Made by a program: the position numbers and the translations under genes. From contig NW_025963779.1 of NCBI RefSeq assembly GCF_023055435.1, positions 89,590,001-89,654,000 of the forward strand: DNA of 64,000 nucleotides. The letters run 5' to 3'. Source of the stretch: Haliotis rufescens (taxonomy: Eukaryota). Below the pieces are notes generated by a model, which saw only the letters and a program-made list of their open reading frames with translations, was not told the DNA's origin and made no database searches. Position 1 is the first letter of the stretch. Each line of letters starts with the position of its first letter. Below, piece by piece: positions 29,601 to 38,900 of the stretch.

Positions 29601-32600
29601 GGTAATTTCATACGTATGGGTTAATATAAAGCCATTGTCTTATTATTGAAACATTGTTTGACTAAAACTGACAAAATGATTAATGCAATGAACCGGTCGT
29701 ACTTTATGCCAGATTTCTATTAGTGACGCACGGATGATCAAACCTGAGTTGCAAGCTTGAAACTAATCTCGGCTAATGAGGTAATCTAATCTTTGTCATC
29801 CTTAAACAAGACCAAGACCCAACCCTGCTACTACAACATCTTAACCAACAACATCCCAGAGTACAGTTCACCATTGAAATAGAAAAGAATAACCAACTAC
29901 CCTTCCTGGATGTCCTCATCTCCAGAATCCCAACCAACAGAATCCAAACCATTGTCTACCAGAAACCCACCCACACCAATCATCCCATCCACTTCAACCC
30001 CAACCATACCCTCAGAACTAAGACTGGCATAATCTCAACCCTCACCCTGAGATCGAACACCTCCGCTAAGTCTTAACTCACCCAAACAATTATCCACCCA
30101 AACTCGTCAACAAAGTCATCTCCTCTGTACTCCATCCCACATCCAGATCTGCAACCTCTAAACCTGAACCAGTGCCCTTCCGCCCTTGCGTTCATAGGAA
30201 AAGGTTCCCACATCATCAGCCTCTTCCTCAAACAGCAAGCCAATATTGACATCTACTTCACCTGTTCCACCTCCCTCAAAACCCTTCTAAGAGCCAACAG
30301 CAGAAACACAACCAAATGCCAAGAACCAAAAGGAGTAGTTAACATAATCGATTGTAACTGGGGACAATCCTACGTAGATGAAACATCCCATCCAATCAAT
30401 ATCAGAATCAAAGAGCACAGAACTTCAACCATCAAATCAGACATCTCAGCAACTGCCCTAATCACAATCAACTGGGAAAACGTCCAAATCATCTCCAACA
30501 ACCTCCACCTCCATGACTTCACTAAAAGAAATCTAACAGAAGCAGTTCACACTTGCCGCCACAAGCCATTAATCAACAGAGATAAAGGCTATGTCATCCC
30601 ATCCACTAGGGCTGCAACGAATACACTGTCAGGCGAATACGATTCATATCACAAATATAGGGTAACGAATACGAATATTAATTCACAATTAAAATAACAA
30701 GTCAGCAGTTTATGTATTACTTATTATAATCAGTGAAACAATAACATAAATTATTTGACATGGTTTCTTAATTATTAATAAATTATACATTTATATACTG
30801 CACTTATCCAGGTACTACTAACTAGTATCTGCTCAAATGCGACAATGACCAGTGACAACAATACTGTCAAATTAAATATTATTAAAGTGTTGTCATTGAA
30901 CAGTTAGCATGTTGAAAGAACTCTATTCATATAATATGTTGTTATGGATATTTTTAGGTACAGGGTATGTAAATATACATGATAGTATATTCATGACCAT
31001 GAATAACAAATTCAATTCATAAATGGTTACGGTTTGATTCACCGAATACGCGAGTGAATTGTAACAGCCCTAGCATCCACCTACTATGAACTCATAAGCA
31101 ATAACCACCCCACCTATGAACACTTAATCCTGTTCAATTGGCTTCCTGTCATATTGGCATCCTCATCATGTGTTCTCTGTCCATCATCACGATCATGTTG
31201 TTACAGTTTTATCCTTTGGTTGTCATTGTTGCATCTACTCTCTCTGAAGTATGCAATTGTTGTATTATATATATTCTGTACCATGCTCATTATTTAGCCC
31301 TGCTTGACAACGGTATAAGGATTTATACTGAAACTTCGAAGTTGTTATCCATAAATTACTTCTACTTTGTATTGTTTGATAGTGAGTGAGTGAGTGAGTT
31401 GGGTTTAACGCCGCTTTTAACAGTATTCCAGTTATATCGCGGCGTGTCAGCTTAACGTGGGAGGAAAGCCCGAAGTGATGCAGGTCTCAGACGTTTACCA
31501 CTTCGGTGAAACCCATGAGCACGGGTATGGTGCTGACAAACCTAGAAACATAATTGGGGTGAACCGGGATTCGAACCCACAATCATAGGTTTTTGGCGTG
31601 CCCAAGGGACGCAACTCTGCACAGCGAATCGCGGCGCCTTAGACGACTGGGCCACCCGTGCCCCCGTATTGTTTGATAGACATTACTTAAAAGTTAACGG
31701 ATTACAAAATAGACACAACCTCTCTTCGTAATTAGCCAACACTTTACAAGGGATGCTCTCACAAATAATCAGTGCTTGTTTACCAAGTGGTCAGCACCTG
31801 CTTGTTTACCTTTCTGCACATGTGCAGGAGCCATTTTCTGCACAAAAATCAAAACTAAATTGTACATATTCTCCTCAAATTACATTGTATGTAATTGTTA
31901 AAAAAGATAAGCAAACCCACACCAACACTCAAAACTAACCCAAGGGGCATAAAGGGGAGCCCAATCGTAAGGGATGTTTGATCAGGAAGGGTATCCAATG
32001 GTTAAGGATCGAGTTGGGGGCAACCTATACCCTAACACAACTATCCCTAAGGGCAGGGTTAGAAACTAACAGTTTTCGTCCACTAGTCCTCATAATGATA
32101 ACATATAGCAAAACCCTTGAAAGGGACACATTTCTACTAGTCCTTATGATACCTTTACCATTGGGCAGTTTGGCAAGGACTAGAGGACTAGTGCCAACTT
32201 CTAACGCTGCTAAGGGTCAAAGAGACACGCGAGATGTGTGAAGCAAGAGCCTCAGATGGCACCCTGAGTCAATTAGTGCTATAGGCTGCGCCAAGTAAAC
32301 AGAATATGGCGGATCTAAAAAATTTCATATGAGAAGGTTTGATTCTTTAAATAAATGCATAATCATAATAGTGAGACAAGAAAGATTGATAAGACACAAC
32401 CATGTGCTAATGAAATACACACGTCCGATATTAAAAAATATATATACTTTTCGAAATATTACAATAAGCATTTGATTTATTCCAATTGATGCCTAGAACA
32501 TGTTGCAGGTGTATGTCTTGAGAATAAAAACATACACAGACATTGGAAGATAGAAACAATTCAATTTTAATAATTATTTACATGGTAGTTTTATAATACA

Positions 32601-33510
32601 TGAACTACATGTTTTTCAAATAAAGTCCGTGCAGCGAAACAGCAGAAAAATGACAGCATCATTGGATAACCACAAGGGTACCCCACCAAGCTCATCTATA
32701 TTCAAGTATAAAAAATAACAAGGAACTAAATAGAACTTTTCGTGTCAGTTCATTACCATGTTGGCATAATTTGTTAATGTTGTGAAAACGATGTCTCGGG
32801 TTTCACCATGTTCACAAACCTTGTTTTCTACTCACCTACAAGGACTGTCAGTTCGTCAAGTCAGTATATAAGTCAATACTGCATTGAGCTGGGTACTCGA
32901 CCTGGTTTACTTACAACGATGGCTGACAACACACATGAATCTCGGGGTCTCCCGTGGTCAGCCATGGGACGACCAACTCGAACCTTTCCGAAGACCTCCG
33001 GAAACCTACGATCACTACATTAACAATGACATGAAGTCAACTATGGTGTTCACTGTGAGCAAATGTTTTGTGATAGAAACAGTATGTTCAAAGTGAGTAT
33101 GGTTTTACGGCACTTTTAGCAATATTCCAGCAAAATCACGGCGGGGGACACCAGAAATGTGCTTTACACATGCTTCACCTATGTGGGGAATCGAACCCGG
33201 GTCTTCGGCGTGACGAACGAACGCTTTAACCAAAAGGCTACCCCACCGCCCAAGTACGTTCCGAAGTCTCATACATTGGGCGTCGGACGCTAAGCGACGA
33301 ATGTTCTACTTAGAAACAAACGTTGATAAGGATGATTTACCTCAAACTGAGTCCCACAAAACTTGGAATGTGCTTCAGTCGGGGAGTCGTGAAGGGATTG
33401 CATTTCGCTGGATTTGGACGATCTAGTGGTACACGCCATCCAAAATCTGGCACACCATCAATATGTTCCTGAGGTGTAGTTGGACTCTGATCTGGGCCCA
33501 CAAACGACAT
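1884..33510 (-). CDS. GBA2: Non-lysosomal glucosylceramidase (GH116), complete 17-coding-exon gene, ~874 aa
   Basis: 17 GT-AG exons sum to 2625 nt with consistent phases. Motifs [73 protein letters not shown] and YMRPLCIW match remembered GBA2 sequence. Confidence 0.96.
2757..4747. repeat. 44-bp minisatellite in GBA2 intron 16
   Basis: Unit gcctgtcaaagacgggagacaaggagtgcttgacatctgtcaat, roughly 45-47 copies. Confidence 0.95.
4811..5002 (-). CDS. GBA2: GBA2 exon 16 (VFPPDHV...[10 protein letters not shown]...[18 protein letters not shown])
   Basis: ORF 4772-5002; gttcag| and |gtgagt. Confidence 0.96.
5339..5448 (-). CDS. GBA2: GBA2 exon 15 (GRYYDYDSS...[13 protein letters not shown])
   Basis: Within ORF 5306-5533; canonical splice sites. 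Confidence 0.95.
5570..7367. repeat. 53-bp minisatellite in GBA2 intron 14 containing the exon-14 donor
   Basis: Unit tattcactgaccactaagaggtctgttgtgaccatgctagtccatatcccaca, ~34 copies. Confidence 0.95.
7367..7509 (-). CDS. GBA2: GBA2 exon 14 ([12 protein letters not shown]...YETKLWN)
   Basis: SAYCGG-WL and LWNG motifs; ttgcag| and G|gtcagt. Confidence 0.95.
7495..9635. repeat. ~65-bp minisatellite in GBA2 intron 13 containing the exon-14 acceptor
   Basis: Unit caccacagtaggtgctgcaacagggacgacatatacatgatatatccacacaccctgctgccatt, ~33 copies. Confidence 0.95.
9757..9863 (-). CDS. GBA2: GBA2 exon 13 ([30 protein letters not shown])
   Basis: D-D-DG Ca-binding-like loop and DQT-D acid/base motif. 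Confidence 0.96.
10370..10521 (-). CDS. GBA2: GBA2 exon 12 ([11 protein letters not shown]...[16 protein letters not shown]...)
   Basis: Conserved motif; atgtag| and |gtgagg. Confidence 0.96.
10575..11490. repeat. ~19-bp CA-rich minisatellite in GBA2 intron 11
   Basis: Unit acaggtcacacacatgcag with variants and higher-order blocks. Confidence 0.93.
12125..12232 (-). CDS. GBA2: GBA2 exon 11 (...VPHDVGDP)
   Basis: PHD-GDP motif; attcag| and |gtcagt. Confidence 0.94.
12243..12513. repeat. 53-bp tandem repeat x5 next to the exon-11 acceptor
   Basis: Unit aaatacatgccatcattcctaggacaggtatgaatatcagttagcagtgttt(g/a). Confidence 0.93.
12499..12791. mobile_element. MITE whose left end is caught in the adjacent 53-bp tandem array
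   Basis: c(a/g)gtgtttaaaat / attttatacactg termini; cagttag/caattag flanks. Confidence 0.6.
12965..13843. repeat. ~29-30-bp minisatellite in GBA2 intron 10
   Basis: Unit ggatactctccctaaataggataacccta. Confidence 0.94.
14103..14207 (-). CDS. GBA2: GBA2 exon 10 ([35 protein letters not shown])
   Basis: EYRM-NTYDVH motif; canonical splice sites. Confidence 0.96.
   Translation of the reverse strand, partial: VMNTGCSTHTTCITTPPSPSSSCGPRYSCLYSMT
14262..14589. mobile_element. Tc1/mariner-type MITE
   Basis: TIRs tact(t)acgccaaaagaa / ttcttttggcggtgagta, TA flanks; second copy at 45054-45394. Confidence 0.78.
15355..15518 (-). CDS. GBA2: GBA2 exon 9 ([23 protein letters not shown]...FLYLE)
   Basis: Highly conserved motif; ends in YLE, the likely catalytic nucleophile region. 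Confidence 0.96.
15553..16731. repeat. 36/28-bp minisatellite filling GBA2 intron 8, built from the exon-8 end plus donor
   Basis: Unit tacctgttggagagtatctcctctacacatacaggc; 304-bp higher-order duplication. Confidence 0.95.
16718..16843 (-). CDS. GBA2: GBA2 exon 8 (RYARWFG...[15 protein letters not shown])
   Basis: RRY--FG / WE--I--WQ-P motif; ttgcag| and AG|gtaata. Confidence 0.93.
17172..17325 (-). CDS. GBA2: GBA2 exon 7 (...IAAAVCV...[13 protein letters not shown]...)
   Basis: EFSL-WDMP motif; ttgcag| and |gtaagt. Confidence 0.94.
17435..17537 (-). CDS. GBA2: GBA2 exon 6 ([30 protein letters not shown])
   Basis: FDP-G-G..VW-DL--DGQL motif; canonical splice sites. Confidence 0.93.
17983..18222 (-). 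CDS. GBA2: GBA2 exon 5 ([11 protein letters not shown]...AAQR)
   Basis: Within ORF 17908-18252; catcag| and |gtcagt. Confidence 0.94.
18633..18857 (-). CDS. GBA2: GBA2 exon 4 (FTVCIRKNG...[12 protein letters not shown]...HEYK)
   Basis: Within ORF 18537-18896; ccccag| and |gtaagt. Confidence 0.95.
18945..19620. repeat. 38-bp minisatellite in GBA2 intron 3
   Basis: Unit gtcaaacagacattagcgatgtgtcattggcaacttgg. Confidence 0.92.
19822..20062 (-). mobile_element. SINE-like family C copy
   Basis: Reverse-complement match to 55660-55932. Confidence 0.8.
22440..22667 (-). mobile_element. SINE-like family C copy
   Basis: Reverse-complement match to 55660-55932. Confidence 0.8.
22908..23023 (-). CDS. 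GBA2: GBA2 exon 3 ([23 protein letters not shown]...ADQ)
   Basis: Conserved GH116 N-terminal Gly motif; cctag| and |gtatgt. Confidence 0.95.
23719..24152. mobile_element. Non-autonomous TIR element
   Basis: cagagctccagataa / ttatctgtagctctg termini; flanking direct repeat tattag. Confidence 0.7.
25657..25745 (-). CDS. GBA2: GBA2 exon 2 (YMTYWISKK...[14 protein letters not shown])
   Basis: caccag| acceptor, G|gtgagt donor. Confidence 0.92.
26408..26575 (-). mobile_element. tRNA-derived SINE (family A), diverged
   Basis: Reverse-complement match to 46422-46565. Confidence 0.8.
27225..27480 (+). mobile_element. Helentron-associated (HINE/DINE-1/pearl-like) element; relatives at ~23326-23615 and ~21560-22085 in the opposite orientation
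   Basis: ttatcccc stem-loop ggggatatag followed by (gtcc)n; body shared with 23400-23610 (reverse complement). Confidence 0.6.
29144..29304 (-). mobile_element. tRNA-derived SINE (family A)
   Basis: Reverse-complement match to 46422-46565. Confidence 0.83.
29820..31365 (+). mobile_element. Penelope-like element remnant (RT C-terminus, GIY-YIG, 3' region), interrupted by a hAT-type MITE
   Basis: [30 protein letters not shown]...VYQKPTHT and [20 protein letters not shown]...IRIKEH. Confidence 0.85.
30607..31072. mobile_element. hAT-type non-autonomous element nested in the Penelope remnant
   Basis: TAGGGCTG...CAGCCCTA termini; 8-bp TSD ccatccac/gcatccac. Confidence 0.8.
31383..31665 (-). mobile_element. 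tRNA-derived SINE (family B), full length
   Basis: Head gggggcacgggtggcccagtcgtctaaggcgc...ggttcgaatcc; (actc)n tail; perfect 14-bp TSD gtattgtttgatag. Confidence 0.9.
32054..32209. mobile_element. Small MITE with 7-bp TSD (related fragment at ~2635-2756)
   Basis: cagggttagaa / ttctaacgctg termini; ctaaggg on both sides. Confidence 0.72.
33092..33252 (-). mobile_element. tRNA-derived SINE (family A)
   Basis: Reverse-complement match to 46422-46565. Confidence 0.85.
33341..33510 (-). CDS. GBA2: GBA2 exon 1 (MSFVGPDQ...[10 protein letters not shown]...GLSLR)
   Basis: ATG at 33510; donor AG|gtaaat; phase 2 matches exon 2. Confidence 0.88.
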
Positions 33511-35406
33511 CGAAAGCTTTTCTCTTTAGAACAAACAGTATAAGGAAGCACACGTTTGACACCAACGTTATTCCAGCTTTGTTGACGTCCCAAGAATCCT
33601 TCTTCTCGACCGGTTCCAAGAAACTATTTTCTGTACAACAATCGATTAAATATGTAAATATGATATTTTCTTTCTCTGTTTACAGTTCAATTCTAGTGTG
33701 TATATTATATAAATACACAGTAACTTTATACAAAATGAGAAATATATTTCAGATCTATTTTTATAATGTAAAGCTTTTCTTTTCATTTATCACCTTCGAA
33801 TAACATGTATTTAGTTTTCTAATGTGATGTCTTCGTGTATCGTAAATCAAACTATGTCGTAAAATGATGCATAGTGATATTAATGTTCTGTTATGTCTTT
33901 TAACATAGATATCTTGTGAATGAAAACGATAGTAGGCTATCTAGAATCCCATAGAACATCTAATCTAAATGTTTCAAAACGTATTTTTGAATCAACAAAC
34001 CATGTTACGACACCTAGAAGTGGTGACGTTTAGCACACAACACAGGCAGACAGCTTTTGTCGTGGAAAGATCTGGGAAAACTTTGACAGATGTGTGTATG
34101 AATATTTGACACAAGGTTGTACAATGCATTTCTCTATCCCATAATATTTAATATGTGTGGCATAAATATTATATCACCAACAAAGGCGTTATTTTGATGG
34201 TCACTCGACAATGATTGTGGAATATTGATAAATCTTAGTTCAAACTTCGGCTTCCTAAGCCAGAACATCTACATGGATGCTATCCATCATGTACATTAAC
34301 TATGGTACTTATTAGATACTGATTATTCTGATAAACTATTTAAAATCTAAAAATAACATTCATCTCCCTATTTTGACTGGAATGATCAGTGGCTTGAAAC
34401 TCCGACAGTGTGTAAAACAGATCGTGATAGGCAAGTGTCCTAGACGGTCCTACAGTCAAGACATGACCTGACATCATGATGTAGTCAGTGTCATGTCTCG
34501 AGAGACGCAATGGGGTCCTACAGTCAAGACATGACCCGACATCACGATGTAGTGTCATATCTCGAGAGACGCAATGGGGTTCTACAATCAAGACATGACC
34601 CTACATTGCGGCTCTCGGCTAGTGTCCTCCCAAAATAAATAAATGCAAAAACAAAATCACTGATCTAAAACAACTATGTTAATCGTTAAGTTGAAGCTAA
34701 TGTTTGCTGTTGTTTGTTTCATGTTGTTTAACGCTGCACTCAGCAATATTCCAGCTATATAATGGCGTTATGTAAATAATCAAATCTGGACCAGACAAAC
34801 CAGTGATTGACAGCTAATCCCCAGCCTGATGGGCAATATATGCATTAGCAGAGAAATTCTAGCAGTGTACTACTCTGAACACATTTACTATCCAACATTT
34901 TGTTGCTAGCTACTAATCCCTTGCACAATATTGTTCTTATGGAGATGGATGCTGATTGTGTACCTGCATTCACATGTTTCACACACACCTGCCCTTCCCC
35001 AAATGCGCGTCATATTCCTTTCTATTCCCTCTCTCCATCCTCAGCTTCTCACAATTTAAGTGTCGCAATAAGAATCATACCGTGACTCATGTCATGTAAT
35101 GTTTATTATTTGTACTTGAAGTGTTTGCATCAAGACACCCTAATATCTTCGACGTTCAAGGCAAGCATTTGTGCAAACTACATACATGTCACAAAACTAC
35201 TTAATTGCTGTAATGCCAACTCTGAAATTATTAAGCTGAATCCGAAACTGCAGCAAACATAGCAAATACGAAATGAGTTATCCATCAAACGGTGGATGTT
35301 TTGTTTGCAGCTTAATAGTGATCTTTATGTAAGCTAGAACTGATTGTCATCAATTTTTCATATTCCTATAAGTCGGCGATAATATTCAGAGAAACCTGTT
35401 TTGTAG
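33511..35406. promoter_or_regulatory. Divergent GBA2/RGP1 promoter region, including a probable non-coding RGP1 first exon ending at 35406
   Basis: Lies between the two 5' ends. Donor AG|gtaagc at 35406/35407 could pair with the acceptor at 35808. TSSs cannot be read directly. Confidence 0.6.
34440..34605. repeat. ~65-bp tandem repeat (2-3 copies) in the divergent promoter region
   Basis: ctacagtcaagacatgacc...gtctcgagagacgcaatgggg. Confidence 0.8.
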
Positions 35407-35809
35407 GTAAGCTATGGGGTCTGCTTGCCTGAACTTGAATTTTGGCTTTATTGTCAGCTATTATAAACTTAGTACCTTAACTAGCACCGGCTGTTCTTAA
35501 AAGACCATGAGGAAATAGACTAGGAGTAGAGCCTAAAGTCACAGACCGAAATGTGATGGTGAAATGTGACTATGTGGCCATTATTGTCGTGTCAACATAG
35601 ACAAAGAAATGATCACTAAAAAGTGTCACAAAATGTTCAGAGAACATGAAAATGACAGAAACCTGTTGTATCAAAGTGTTTGGTAGCATGTTTTTTTTTG
35701 CAAAATAGACAATTTAGCAAAAGTTTTCCTCACCCCTCAAATTTTGTATACCCAATTACTGAATTAAGGTGAGCTTCTGTTCCTCAGATACTCTTGTTCT
35801 TATTTCAGA

Positions 35810-35919
35810 ATGATTGAGGTGAGCGCGAGCCTCCCAAGGGGTCCCGTGTTCTTAGCAGGGGAGACAATTCAATGTGAAATCTACTTCACAAATATTGGAT
35901 CAAGATCAGAGAATGAACC
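35810..35919 (+). CDS. RGP1: RGP1 coding exon 1 ([22 protein letters not shown]...)
   Basis: Acceptor tttcag| just before ATG; donor CC|gtgagt. Confidence 0.93.
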
Positions 35920-38900
35920 GTGAGTTAATTTTTGATTTATCAAGGAATAAGTCTTTTTGAATAACAAAGCTCTTGCAATAGAATATATCAACTTTATGCT
36001 CATTGACATGCCTTATTTTGCAATACTACTTCAATAAACTACTTTAAAGAAGTTATTAACGACCCAATTCTGTCACATTACTTAGAGTTAATCAATCCTG
36101 CCATGAACAAGTGAAAACAGATAATTTTAAAAGCATGAAATTCCAATCATTAAAATCAGATCTTAGTTCTTGATATCGTTAAACAAAGATCTGAGGACAT
36201 CCCATTACGGGTCACGTCAGAACAACCTTTCATCCGACCAATCAAAGTGTCACTTACCAGATCATGAAAGTGACAGTCGGAATGTGTTTTCTAATCATGC
36301 TACCTTGAAAACGTTAAACCAGGGTATTCCAAACACCAGTTGCCTCCTGTACGAATGATTCCGTCAAAATTATCGTCTGTCTCTCGCTTCCATGGGATAA
36401 ACATTTGAACAGATAAGGTAATGCACAGTACGTGTGAGGCACTGCCATACAATCTCAAAAATATATTAGACATTCCGGTATGTTAGTTTGTTCACTTTTC
36501 AAAATTTTAATAGAGAACTAAAGGTCGATATTTTAAGCGTAGTCAGAAATGGAAGTCGCCAGGTTGAAACGAGTGCTGTAAAACTTGAGAAAGCTGCTTT
36601 CTCAATAGCTGATATCAACTTCTTGTTATTTGTTTCAGTGGTCGGTCAAAGTTCGCGAAAGGTTGTTCTGACTTGACCCGTAATGAGATGTCCTCAGATC
36701 TTTGTTTAGCGGCAACGAGAACTTACATCTGATTTTAATAAGATTGCATGAAATTCTGTTTTACAAATCAAGTTTGTGCTGCGCAACATCAATTCCTAAC
36801 TTTGCAGAGGTTGTAAAGAATCAGAAAAATAACTCTGCATCCTGGGATAACCACTAGGCTACCCCAGCAAACTAATTTCTTAAGTTAAAAAATAATAAGG
36901 TACTGGGTATAAGTTTTCTTGTCAGTTCATTACCATGATTTTATATCTATCATTTATTGTTGGTTTTGTGAAATCAAACAGAGAAAAAGAGAAAAGATTT
37001 TATTATGAAATGTCAGTTGGTTGCTTCTTACACTTTATTACACCAACTTTGAGAGTTTTTGATTATTGAAATTAGCTGACAGATTCAACAGCAAGAAAAT
37101 ACTTTTCAAAGTTACATTTTTTTCCACCTTGTGAAATTTTGGGCAGATACCAAAACCAAACTGAAAAACACCATAGTATGACGTCAAGCGTCAAGTTTTC
37201 ATGTTATGTGTCAAACATACACATGACGCGGTGTAGGGCTGGGATGAGTCTGAAGTTACTACCCGGGTACCTGACCCCCTATTACCCGACCCTACCTGTG
37301 TACCCACTACAGGTCTCAAGAGTTGGGAACAGAATGCCTGATTGGGAATTGTTTTACTGCAGCCGTGGCCAAGATTATTTAGATACATGTATCAAACATT
37401 CAGATCATGGGTACACTTAAGTTGACTGAAGCTTTATCTATACTCAAACATATAAAAGTGTGGCACAAAAGGAATGTTTGCATCGACAGAAAGAAATGCG
37501 AACATTAACAACATATAGTATAACCATTGAGTATAGTGAGTTATTGTCATTAAACAATATATCATGTGACTAACCAGTAGTCCTTTGCGTTACCCTGGTC
37601 CTACTCAGGACGCACCCGACCCGAGTACCCGAGTTACCATTCCCAGCCCTAACGTGGTGGCATGTGGTGTTATGCACAGCGCACAGGTCACAAATCAGGT
37701 GATGCTAAGCAATGTCGGTCGCGGAGAGTCCTTGGATCAGTGACCGCATTTCGGCAGCTTGATTCCTGTGAGTTTCTAGGGCTTCACTGAAGCACATGTT
37801 ACACATGTGGTGTCTCCTTGGCAAGTGACTTTGTTCAAAATGTGCCTCTGTTCACCTGGCTGTGAATGGGTACCCCGTAGGATAAGATGGTAATGTGGTT
37901 ATTAGCCTTCTAGCGCCTAACAGGCAGCTTTGGTTGCATACTCCCCAGGGAGATGAGAATGATTGTTGAGTGCACATTGATCTAGTGACCGGGGTAATAA
38001 TAGCGCTTTGAGCATGCACATTAATGGTGTGGAAATATCCGCGATATAAATAGGTTATTATTATTATATTATATCACCCTTGCATCCTTATGAAGACGAG
38101 GATGATGAAGGGTGTGTATTGGCTACTGCTTGTTCCAGTGATGTGAGCAGTCTGGCGTGGGCAAGTGTCCAGATCATCTGTCAGTGTACAGTGAGTGAGT
38201 CGCGGATCCTCCTCCCCCGAGCACAGAACCTGTCCACCGAGGACGCTTCAACCACAGGATGTGATACGTCATTTGTGCCAACTAAAGGTCAGCACCTGTT
38301 TGCGTTAGGCCGAACACACAAATACCAGTGTTTCAGGTAACATGGACTCATCAGATGTGGGTCGGTAGGTAGGATCGAGTCTGTATATTTCTTTTATGCT
38401 TAACACATACGGCTTGTGTAGAACTCATGTTGGTTGCAATATTCCAAATTTGTTGGTCAATATAGCTACAGCAATGATGATATGTAGACGCATCCTTTTC
38501 CCCCATTGTTCTATATGTGGGTTTTGTGATGGCTGCTTCCAGCTGAGATAAAAACGTTTGGGTTGTAAGTGAAACAATGTGTTAGTCAGGTTACCTGAAA
38601 CACAACTATTTCCCCTTTTTTGACCTAAGGAATGATCATTTTGCAGTCATAATTCTGGCTCATTTTCCATTCTGGTTTCGGTAGCAATCATAAATGGAGC
38701 TATAATAATATCAGCTTTGAGAAATATTTAGATTGAAAATCCCTTGGTCATGCTCGTCAACTTAAATAATGTGTATATTTAATAGTAAAGGTATGTAGAC
38801 ATGGTCGGAAGAGCCTTTCATAGGATGAATGGCCAGGGATATGAGGTCACTAATATTGTTTCCATGTGACAGGAGAAAGAGGGCTGACAGTTTTATCAAC

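Noticed and set aside
34496-34570. TCTCGAGAGA resembling the TCTCGCGAGA bidirectional-promoter motif
   Set aside because: There is a mismatch in the core CGCG and it lies within a small tandem repeat, so support is insufficient.
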